Shown: positions 11,601-23,600 of the stretch, in pieces
Layout of the letters: each line of letters begins with the position of its first letter
How positions within the stretch are numbered: the first letter of the stretch is position 1
NCBI GenBank assembly: GCA_002633005.1
Contig: NMRA01000132.1
Span: 834,511 to 898,510 of the forward strand
Reading direction: 5' to 3'
Source: Phoronis australis
Taxonomy: Eukaryota > Animalia > Phoronida
DNA length: 64,000 bases
Notes under the pieces: model-generated
What the model saw: the letters and a program-made list of their open reading frames with translations, nothing else
Databases searched by the model: none
Told to the model about the DNA's origin: nothing
Position numbers and translations under genes: made by a program

Positions 11601-14600
11601 GACAAGGTGGCTGTGCAGGTATTCTGGTTCTGAGAGTTTTAATGAGGCCAGGTGTTCTTTTGAAATCCAGCTCTTGGCTTTGTGAGTGTTCTTCTGTTGG
11701 CACATGTTAGTCTCAAAGCGTCTCCATATGTACCTCGAAAATCAATCTACTGTGGATGTTATGAAAGTTAGTCAAGTTCAAAAGATTTTTTTACTTTGAA
11801 ACCATTCAGAATTGGCGTTTTTGAACCGTTTGATTTTTGATTATTGTTTTCATTTAGTGGTAAGGAGCCTATATACCTCATAGTTTCAATGTCCTGCATG
11901 ATGACTCTTCTCTCCTGACATATCATTGGAGGTAAATAACTGATTTAATGAGTCTGATTGGATTACTTAAAGTATTTGGAGAATGGATATTTCAAAATGA
12001 GCTATGGCGTGAAATGGTTGAGTTTTGTGAAACTGTAGTTTTCAAGATGAAAAAAGTAATTAGACTTCATTACAGTTGATTGCATTTGCATTATCCAGGG
12101 TGGTAAATGGTGTGAGACTCCGCTATCCAGCAATGCTCAGTCGTGCCTGCAGGAGGCCTTCTTCAATGCACTGAAGAAGTTGGCCACCTATTGGCCAGGT
12201 GATGGAAAAGCCAACAACAGAGAGCGCTACCAGTCATACATCAACCTACTACACCAGCTTGTGCTTCATGCTCAGATTGTAAGTTGAACCCTTTATTTTA
12301 AGTTTAACCCATTCATTACAAGTTTAATCCTTTATTGCAAGTTTAACCCTTTATTGCAAGTTCAACCCTTTATTGCAAGTTGCAAGTTTAACCCCTTTAT
12401 TGCAAGTTTAACCCTTTATTGCATGTTTAACCCTTTATTTCGAGTTTAACCCTTTCATTGCAAGTTTAACCCATTGTTCCAAGTATAACCCTTTATTGCA
12501 ATGTTAAACCTTTTTGCAAGTATAACCCTTTATAGTATGTCAAGAATAAATACATGAGAAAGTTTGCTGAAACTTGACACAGAGATTATGTGGTGGGAAT
12601 GAGCCTGCACTAGTTGATGGATTTGGATACCATGGTGCCCCCTGTTGGCTGTTTCAGTTTTTGATGAAAAATTCTTTCACTGAAGATTTGTTACCTTTGC
12701 TTGTCTGCTAATTTTCTCAAAACCTGCCAAATCATGGTGAAATTTGGTGCAATTTTGTCACAGATATTCCTCTTCACGTAACTCTGTGTCCTTTTGCAAA
12801 AACAAAATAAACTTGTTTTTTGACTTTTAATGAGAGAAGTAGCATAGAAGTCACAAAGTGCCGTGAAATGAATATTGCTTTGTGAAATGTTTGTATTTAA
12901 ACCTGTCTGTTTTCAGTACTTAAAGGCTGATGTGCCTCTGCTTCATCCTTTCCCCAATGAGGTCTCCACGGCATGGTCTAAGATGATTGGAGTAGTTGAA
13001 AAGATACATTCAAAGGTGGGCGCCATCTTCTGGCCTATTCACACAGTTCCACTTCACAGGTGTTTCCTTACATTTGTGCTGGGCATTGCCACTTAAGTTT
13101 GCTCAGAGGCATTTCAAATATTAGATGCGAAAACTTATAAATCATGACTTATGGAACTTACTATGAAATAAATTTACCGAGATTATGGAGCAGCCGGCTC
13201 CTTCTACTGGTAGTAATTTTTCGTGGCTTAATGTATTTGCATAAACGAACAAAATTGTTATCTGCTTTATTTAATATACGTAGGTTTGTAAAAATCTTTC
13301 ATTTGTTTGCGGCATAAATCGCCAGTTTCGGTGATCCCTTAATAAGCTCCTGGAACATTGGGTGGTGTATATTAATCTTTTCTTGCTAATATCTGTGTGT
13401 AAGTACAAGAATTTAAAATTAAGTCTATTCTCATTTAGGGCGGTGAAAAATTAATTATTTTGCTCAAGGTTGGAGCTTGTCCCAACTTCTAGAAATAAGC
13501 AAAATTGTCCGTCCCAAATTCAAGTATCACTGCAAAGATGGCAAAATAATTCACTGTGTAGATTGAAACCACGTTGCCCAAAGTTTGGGAAATATGATGT
13601 ATGCCAAAATCATTCTTGCCCCAAATTCCAGAATCAAGAAAATTCAAATTTTGCGGGAATTTCTATGTCCCAAATTCTAGAGACCGTCCCACATTCTAGA
13701 GATCGTCCCAAATTGGAGAATTTTTACGTTAAGGGCTGTTCCAGCAAAATCTGTGTGGGAGGGGGGGGAAGGCAACTGAAATAAAAATTTATGGGTGGTT
13801 GCGTTTGATTTAAATTCAAAATGGCTGGTGGTCGTACTTCAAAAAAATAAAAATTTACAGGTCGTTGTTTCATTGGGTCATAAATGTTTGATGGTGGGTA
13901 ATTTTAGTAAATTTTATAAACAATCTGCACAGAATCAAAAACTGAAACAAAAATGCAACTTGCAAAAAGCTCCGACTTCTTCACTCCCTCCGATCTCCCC
14001 ATTGGCATGCCCATAACACCAGTTAACCACAGGCGCTCGAATTTCTCGATGGCTAATAACCATATATAAGAAACATATGTTTTCGTAGTAATGAATGACG
14101 TTAGTGGTGATGGAGGAACAGATAAACTCAGGCACCTGTGCAGTCAACCACAAGAACAAAAAAATTGCGGGTGGTTGCATTTCAAACTTATAAAAAATTA
14201 CGGGTGGTAGGCTGAAGAAATAAATGAAAAATATGGGTGATGGGTGCGAAAAAAAGGTGCCTTCCCCCCCCTCCCATACAGATTTTACTGGAACAGCCCG
14301 TAGTGTTTTTACTGAAGATTTTTCTAATAGTCAATTGTCCGTTGTTGGAAGATGCACAACAAATCGCGTCTTAGCTAACCAATTGAAGTCACAGTCATAT
14401 TGCGCGTCAGTCCAAGCTTTATTCCTTATACATGATGTCCTTGATGTCTGGTCTGCACGCTACCTTTGGTGTTCTTATAATGTAAAGGAATATTGTTGGG
14501 GATGGTTGTTTTAAATTTGTATTTTGGTGCTACTTGATCTCTGTTCGCCTCGATGATTAATTTTTTCTTCACTGAAGTCATTCTAATGATGGCTTGATAG

Positions 14601-17600
14601 GAAGAGAATGAGAGGTGTATAGAATCATGATGTCCAGGTTTAGTGACGAGCTTGGAACTAAGTATTGCTATCGGGTGTGAAGATTGTTCCCTCAAAAGAA
14701 AATTTTAATGTTACTAACTGATACTCCATTTGTCTCTATTTGTTGAACAGATGCAGGTGAGTTCTAAACTTGTGTTATACATGTAAGTTGTTTCTTGTCT
14801 TTTGGCAGCACGCCAGTGACAAAGATCTGAATGAAGACCATGCTTTTCTACTGTTGTTCCTTCATCTGGGTCTGCAGCTGTTCTCCGACCCTGTCAGCGC
14901 TGTTGATGCTCTTCAGGTACAGTTTATACAAAGTGGTTTGGACTACTTGAATTAATTGCAACAAATAGGATCTTTTAGTGTAAACTCTGTTATTTGCTCG
15001 AGCTACAATGGTGTCATTTGCTGCATGACCTTTGACCTTTATTGTAGTACAGACAACTCCAACTGGTGAACATGTTTAACAGTCCATGTCCTGGGACCTA
15101 TGTGTCAAAAGAGTTGGTTGTTCGTTATCTTGACTTTCAGCTAAAAATCAAGCAACGGTCGGCTTAGCATGTTTCATGAAAATGGGCTAAGACTGAAAGT
15201 TGATTCGCAGTCCTATTTTTACTTTTCAAAAGGCAAAAAGCCAATAGTCGGCTCATAAACCAGGTCACTGGTATGTGAGGTCATTATGGGGATGTTTCTG
15301 GAAGACTCTTGACTTTTGGCTAAAAATTGACGGATGACTTAGCCTGTTTAGAAAAACCAGGGAACGCTAAAAGTCAGAGGATCTGTCTTCGACTCGAAGC
15401 CAAAAACCATGGTCCCGTTCCAAGGAAACTGATTTGGCTAAGACAAGTCATAAATTCCAGTCAATTTTAACATAAAAATGAAATTTGTCTCGAATCCATT
15501 TCAAGAAAAAGATATTAAGTTTGTCTTAATTTTGACTAACGTACCGGATGTGGAAGTTTTGGAGTTAAGAAGTTGAGACAAATGTTAGACTGAAGTCAAT
15601 AATGAAATTAAGTCGGGTTCTTGGAATGGGTCCCATAGCTATCGCCTGCTCGGGAACGGGATAAAAGCCAAAGGAAAAATCAATTTTTGGCTATTCGTAG
15701 TCAGATATCAGACTTCTGGACAATGTCAAAAGACAAAAACCATCAGACTTTAAGAAACAGGCCCCTGATCAGTTCAAGTAATGACTAGGATTTCACTCTC
15801 GTTGGATTGTTTTTCAAACTCGGTTTATGTGAACACTTATGAGTGAAAACAAGAAGTTGTAAATGTCTGTACTTAGTCGCAATTTTTATTTTTTTTGCAG
15901 GAGTTGCACATTTGCTATGAAAAAGCCCACCAGAAGAAGCGCAGATCGTCGACTAAACGAGGTGACTCAGGTAACGCTTTATATTTCAATAAGTGCACAT
16001 GCATGAAGACATTCGAATCGAGCTGTTGAAATCTTGCCAATTAGTTAAAACGTCAAATTAGTCTGTCGGTTTCTTGATTTATTCTAAATCTGCGGGCGTT
16101 GAACGCACAATTCCTGTCTTAATTTCCAGAGGAGCCCAGCTGGGTGGAAGTGGTGACGGAGCTCTTACTCAGTCTGCTGTCTCAGTCGTCTAGCTTGGTG
16201 CGACTCGTCTGTAATGATGTCTTTCACATGTTGAGGCCTCTCATGACCAAGGAAGCTGTCCGCTTGATACTAGATGTAAGTCTGCAGATGATGCTATGTT
16301 ACTGCTTCACTTGTTTTGTTTTGTCTTGTTGCTCTATTACACCGGTGTTACTAAGAAGTCCCCACATGATTGCTCTGGGGTGAATAACTAAATTTCACTT
16401 TCTCTTAATTTCATTTTTATTAAATTTCACTTTTTTAAGATTTGCTGTAAGCATTTGGTGAGTACTCCCCTGTTGCTCCCAGTATAAGACTGAGAGAACG
16501 GCTGCCAGGTTGTTCGGAGGTCAATGTGTGGTGTGCAAATTGCAGGTTTTGATTCTTGGAAAATTTATTATACGGCTGAAAATTAATTGAATCATTATGA
16601 TATTGAGTAAGAGAATACAAGCTGTTTGTTCATCAAAATGTTGAATTGATGTCACCTGACTGAAGATAGTAATGGCTGCTTCTGTATGATGTGACGGTAC
16701 TTCATCGGTGAGTGTCGGTGAGAGCAATAACACTGATTCAATGAGACTGACTGAAATGGCCAACTCTTCGAGGCGACTTGGTTTCCCCTTTCTTTTCAGC
16801 ATTGGTGTTTTCATGGGTTTTGTTCTTTTGTTCAGGTGTTCAGTCCTGTGGATGAAAAAGGACCTCTGGCTTTTGAAGAAGATGGTACGTGACAGTTTTA
16901 TTGACTTTCTGTAGTACTTCAACTGAAGATTTTTGTAAATTGTAAATTGTCCGTTGTTTGAAGATGCAGAACAAATCATGTTTTAGCAAATCAACTGAAG
17001 TCACAGTCATTATATTGCGTGTGTCAGTCAAAGCTTTATTCCTTATACATGATGTCCTTGGCAACTGTTCCGCACGCTACCTTTGGTGTTCTTATAAATG
17101 TATTCTAATGAAGGAATATTGTTGGGGATGGCTGTTTTTGTATTTTGGTACTACTCGATCTCTGTTTGCCTCAGTGATTAATTTTTTCTTCACTGAAGTC
17201 ATTCTAATGATGGCTTGATAGGAAGAGAATGAGAGGTGTATAGAATCATAGTGTCCAGGTTTAGTGACGAGCTTGGAACTAAGTATCGCTATCGGGTGTG
17301 AAGATTGTGCCCTCAAAAGAAAATCTTAATGTTACTAACTGATACTCTATTTAGCATTAGACTGTTACCTTTGCATGTTTCTTTGAACCATTAATTCGTG
17401 CTTATGAAAATCTTGTTTTAAACAGGCTTTCATGCCGACAACCATCGATCTATTTGATTTGAATAATGTATTGTACTTTAAGATGGCTATAAACCTGACT
17501 TACATCAAAAAACCAGCTATTCATTTAGACCACCTTAAGTTATGAAGTTATTCTCTACTTGTTTGTTATTCAGGTTATTAGTGGTTTTTGGACTTGTACA

Positions 17601-20600
17601 GAACCGATAGCTTGTCAGTGCTTCATACCATCTTCAACAAGTTTTTTTTTGTTGCGGCAAGTCTTAGTGAATGGCAAGCATGGTCTTGAGAAATATTGAG
17701 GTCTCAGTTTCAAAGCAGTTAGTGGTCTTAGTCGGAAGTTTGTTTCTAATCTCATTCGCTGTAAAGAGGTAATGATTTCTGGCAAGGTATGTTCAGTATT
17801 AAATGATATTTTCATCCATGGCTGGCTTTATTATTTCAGATGAAGACTTTGACGATGACGTGGGCGACGGTGAGACTGGCGATGGTGGTGCTGAGAATGA
17901 AAGTGACGACACTAGCAGTGAAAGTGATGATGAGGATGACGAGGACACCGATGATGACAATGATGACGAAGTGGATGAGTCATTGCGGGTGTCGGTAAAG
18001 GCTGCACTTGGTCATGCTGCTGACGATAGCGACAGTGGGTCTGATCAGGTTAGTGGACTGTTGTTGAAGATAATGACATTTAGAGGTTTTATGTGGCTAC
18101 AAAAATGAAATTGTCAAGCAGAGTTTTAAAATGATCGGTGACTTTGATAGGGAGTATGTTCCTTTGTTCCTAGGGAGAGTCTGAAGGAGAGATGGATGAT
18201 GATGCCATGTTTCGTTTGGACGCGGCGCTGGCCGAGGTGTTTCGTCAGAGAATAGGCAACAAGATAGCTGAGAAGGAAAAGGAGAGACAACTTGTACACT
18301 TCAAGAATAGGTACTTTTGGCTAGGCCTATTTTCATGAATTCCTGGTATCGCTTCGTTCAGTCCAGTGAAAACTTGTCAGAGTGCCAATAATAACCTTAT
18401 ATTAACTACTGGAGTTTTCCGTGGGCAATCCAGAGTGTACATTAGAAAATATCAGTTTAGCTGTGTTGTTGAGCATGTGTTCTTACTGAGGAGAGCACAG
18501 TTTGTGTTGATTTTGGGGTGGGTCTATCTACTGTCAACAGTGGTGCCCCCATGTGGCAATTTGTATTTGTTTTACGTCTGCCTCAATGTTTGCCTAGTTC
18601 TTAATGGATCTAACAAAATTGGGCATTGTGCACAGGGCTCGACGCTATTAAAATCGGCAGCTCGCATTTTGCGACCTAGCCAAAATCCCAGGTCGCATTT
18701 TCAAAATCCAACTCGCATTCGTAAATGCCAGGTCGCAAAATTTTCCCGCCATTTTTACGCACCAAAATAGATTTTTTAGATCATCTAGAAAATGTTTAGA
18801 TTATGCTCTTATCTGTAGCGTTAAATACTCACAAATTTCGGATCTCAAAATTGACGTCATTCATGCAGGTACGGCGTTACTGTTCTTCACGACCGCCATT
18901 GAAAGACTCTAGAGCGCAAGGCAAGTTGCCGGCGTGAAAGTTGAATCAGTGCTCTCTAACTGACTTGTGCATTCGAGTAGCTAAATTTGCGATGTGAAAA
19001 GGGAGAAAATGCCCGTTGAAAAAGTATCCGGGATTTTGTTAGATCTGGTCTGCTACTGGCCGTCATCAAAGTCGTTAACGATTCGACTACTAACTCGGGT
19101 AATCGCTAGTTTGGTCTTCAATACTCTCCAAATGCGGGAAAAATAGGTCAGTCGCAAAACGACACGCATGTAACTAGTGTTAAATTTCTTTCCGAGGTAT
19201 AAAACAAAGCCGGGATTTGGTTTTTACATACTGTGAAAAGACGTTTTTGAAAACTGAAGTTGTGTAAAATGAAAGGGACACACACCATATAAGCTGCGTG
19301 TTAATTTAAAACCACACGCGGTCGTTTGTAGTGCGCAATGATGGGCGCTAGCTTGAGCTGTGGGCGCTTAATTGGAAATTCTCAAAATTTAAGGGGGGAC
19401 TTTTAATAGATCAGCGAGCGCTTATTATGAAACACTTTAAAGTTAGGGAGTAGGCTTGTGCGTGAGCATAGTCGTTCACCTCAGTGTTTGCGGTAATAAG
19501 ATATTAAAACGCTGCAATGGTAAGAAACGTTATAATAATACGATTTTCCGAGGCAAACTCCATCTGGTAGGGGCGACTTTCTGGATATCGTTACCACCTA
19601 CATTGTAACCTTTTTAGCCACCCGGAATGATTTTTTTTAACTGCCCGCTTCAGCCGGAACAAGGTTGTTTCTATAGGAGTCTGAACATTTTACGGCGACG
19701 GTGGTTCCGGAGCGAAAAGTTGCCGGGGGGGGGGTGTATAAAGAGAAGAATGAAAAGATCGCTAACTTCAACCACAATTTCGCATTTAGTGCCAGTTTAG
19801 TTGCAATAGCTGGCTACGGGCATAGAATACAGGGTTTACAGAACATCGACCTCGGGAAACATCGGAACAGGATAACGTTAATTCTGGGTTATATCGGTCC
19901 CGGTACATCAGGTCTTTTATAACCGCTGGGAATCTGAGTTCATTTTCAAATAAACCAGAGCCAAGCCGGTATACTCTTTCATTTAGGAGTGTCGCTGTTC
20001 TTTGAAGTGGTGCGCACGCGTGAGTTCACGCACTTGAATCACTGGAGTAGGCCTACACTTTACATTGGCAACAACGCGTGAAAGACAAATCATATTTCGC
20101 GAACGTAGCCCCAGAAACAAGTAAAGTGTTTGAGAATTTCTTGGCAACTGAAAGCAAAGACGTGACCGTCGTTTGGCGATTAATAAGGTTGTAATTTTCA
20201 CTTTGGTGACTTAATACGATAAAAAGGAGAAGCACATTTCCGTCTAAGTCACGATTGTCTGCCGGGACCGCTTGCACGCTAACGGTGCCGCAGTGCGATA
20301 TCAGGGATATTGTCGTGGATATTTGGTACATGTAATAAGGACATCTTATGTGAAAAATAAACATTTTTGTCCACCACAATGTTTGGTAAGTTGATCGCTT
20401 AAGAATTAATAGAAACACCATTGTTTTGTGAAGTTTTATCACGTGTTAAGCAGTGGCCCGAAACTTTCTTCCCCGAATCCGGGAATTTACAAAAGTGGCC
20501 GAAAGTGTTAGCCAATGAAACGCGTCAAAGATCGATTCTGCATATCCCATGTTCACGCGACTAAGTCATCGGGAGGGCTGTTCTCGGTTAGTGTTCTTTT

Positions 20601-23600
20601 GAACTTGTATTTGACAACAACCAAATAACGGTCGGATTAACAAGAGCTGATTCGTATTTGCCTGGTATCTGTTGAGAAGTGTAAAAACTCAGCTCGCATT
20701 CGTTGGAAATTCCAGGTCGCATTTTGCGACTTTATACGAGCTGACAAAAATCTCAGCTCGCATTTCCAAATTTCAGGTCGCAAATGCGACCTGCAGCTCG
20801 TTATGTCGAGCCCTGGTGCATTTCTATTTACGAAAGTTGATTTTTAAATGAATCTGAATACTGTGGCGCCATCTAGAGGCAAATTGCCATTGTGTCTTTC
20901 TGTCTGTATTTCTATTTAAGTTCCGTTCTGGGTGTTCATGAAATATAACCTCCGCGAGCATATTAATGTGATGTGGATTTTGGGATGGATCCATATTTTG
21001 TGGACAACTGATCACCACTAATGCTACTGTTTTTATTGCGTGCAATGCTTATCAACGCCCTCTGTCGCTCTTATGTAAAAATGAAATGATGGGTGGAGAA
21101 GTATTGTAAACTATGGCAGTAGGTTGAATCGAGATGTGATTTGGTTCACATTGCATATTTGAGGACCCCCGTGGAAAGCAATGAAAACTGATGAGGCTAC
21201 CCTCATTGTAAATATTACACTAAATGAATAAATAAGATAAAGTAAATAACTTGCAAGCCTTTTAAATGGTCATTATACTGTGTTGCACTACGACTTTGTA
21301 GATGCCTGGACTTACTACAGGCGTTGATCCACGAGTCTGTCTCCCCTTTTCTGTTGGTGGACCTTGTCCTTCCACTACTGGAGTTGATGGATGCAGGGGT
21401 CAAAGACACGTCACAGAAGGTGTTAGGGGAAAAGGCAGCATCTGTTTTTCATCACCTATGCAATAAAAAGTCTTCTAGAAAGGTGAGTATGGGTGGTAAA
21501 ATCATTAACTTTACTCTGTTTTTCATCTATCTAAACTGCGATTAGTTTTTTCCACGCTTACTGCAATTTCATAAATTTGGATTTGAAGCTTGGCTGACTC
21601 GGCTAACGTGGTTGCCTTTAAATCTGGAAATCAGTTGCAATTCAGCTTCATAACTAACCAGTCCACCGTGACCTTTGAAGGCCAGCAGCTAGTGTACAAA
21701 CTGAACAGTACCAGTCAGCCGGTCACTGGCCTTTCAAGGTCAGATGCAAGTGCACAAACTCCTTGACAGTAACGGCATGCTGTGATGTCTTTTTGATGTT
21801 TTGTACAGGTAACTGGTGAACACCTTGATAGTGACAGTCTGTTGAACATCATGAGACAGCTGATTACCTACTCAACTAAAGGTGAGCTTTGTTATGGCGT
21901 TGTGTAAAGGGATGTTCTAAATGGTCTAAATCTTCATGAAGGCTGGTGCAGTTGAAAATAATTGTTCGATTGAAACACATGCATAAGTGTCCCTCTTTGT
22001 TCACAGGTACAGGTTTTTTCACTTATATTATTATTGTAACTTGGATGCATAACAAAATGCATTACAAAAACTAATAGAATTTTTATGCAATACATCCCCC
22101 ACCTCTTGGGATTATAAGTTGCAAGTGGTTATAGACAATACGGGCTATTTTTGGAGCAATCTAGTGCTCTAATCCAATAATTCACAAGAGCTGGATAATT
22201 AAAAAACAAGTCTAGAGTGGAGGATTCAATCAGAGACTATTCTCAAATGATTATTTCATGTGCAAACAAAAGTAAAATGCATTTTGTCTTAAATTAAATT
22301 TTGGTTAACATGTCAAGCTCTGAATTCTGTTAAAATATTGGCTTATTCCAGTAACCAGTTACGTGTAAATTCTCGTTTTGTAAAGTTGAATGTGAAGACA
22401 ATGGTTCATAAAACGTATCCTTTTATGTAAATTTCCATACCATCTTGTGACTTGCAGAAATCGTGCAAAAGCCTAGCAAATTTTGCTGATATGTTTCTGA
22501 TGAAGATGTGTACTTGCCATGACTGTGTTTTTAATCAATTTTCAGAAATGTCATGCATCAAAGTTCAACTCCTTTCATTTCATAATAGAAAGAACAAATA
22601 ACTCCATTGTTGTCTGTGTAAATTCTCTGTTTCAACTTTTGGTGATAAAATAATGGTGCTTGGAAAAGAATAAGAGTGTCTATACTTATAATTTTCTTAG
22701 GGAAACCAGCTCCAGCATCTGCATCTTAGGTTTCCCATTGAAAACGTTTTGATCATGAGACTGAAGTAAATAGTTGAATTGCTGTAATTTTCTGTTTCTG
22801 TCTATGGCGATCGGCGATTTTTAACAATTTTGTGCAAGAGCTCAAGCATGCAGTCAAGTGTATACCCTCAGTACTAGTTACTTGGCGAAATAAATTTCGC
22901 CAAGTATGTTGCTCTTCCACTAACTTAAAGTTTTTTTTTGTTCGCACGATAAAGGTCGCAATTTTTGTCCGATCATCACAAAATTTACACATAACATGTA
23001 CTTCCGGAAGTACTGGAAGGCTATTGTTTTTCGTCACAATCGAATCCAAGATGGCGGCTGTGGTGGCCATTTTGTTTTCATTTAAAGGTTCAAATGCTTC
23101 TGGAGGCTACAATTTTTTACGTAAAAGGCTAAGAATCGGCACAGTAAATGGACCGGAAGTTTTCTACAAGTATACCGGAAATTGTTTACTTCCGGTTAAA
23201 GATGGCGGAAATATCGGCGATCGCGCCTGCGCACCTCGATTTTGGCCTGAAAACGTTTTCTCCTGTAGAGGGCGCATTATATGACCTATTCCTTCGAATT
23301 TTTACAGGTATTAGTTTCTTATGACATGCTATTATACAAAGCCAAAAAACCAGAAGTTGCTTTCAAGATGGCGGATCTGGCACATGTTGACCCATTTTCA
23401 GTCGTGCTAGAGTGCGATTTTAAACGGGAAGAGAAAAAGACGTGATTTTTTGCATGTGGATTCTTTGAAGTATATTCTTTCAAATGGCCTGTAACAATTT
23501 TTTTCTCAGACTTACCGTTTTCGAGTTATTTGACTTTGAATTTCTTAACAAAACCGCAAAATTTCATTTTTTTTCGAAAAATTTACGGAATTAGGCGATA

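Noticed and set aside
12281-12535. CRISPR-like or telomeric array
   Set aside because: No unique spacers and a eukaryotic intron context. The TAACCC core is embedded in a 19-20 bp unit, not a pure telomere repeat.
19701-20442. Short ORFs repeated at 61664-62403 as conserved genes
   Set aside because: They are conserved only because both lie in copies of the same young transposon, and they carry no transposase motifs.
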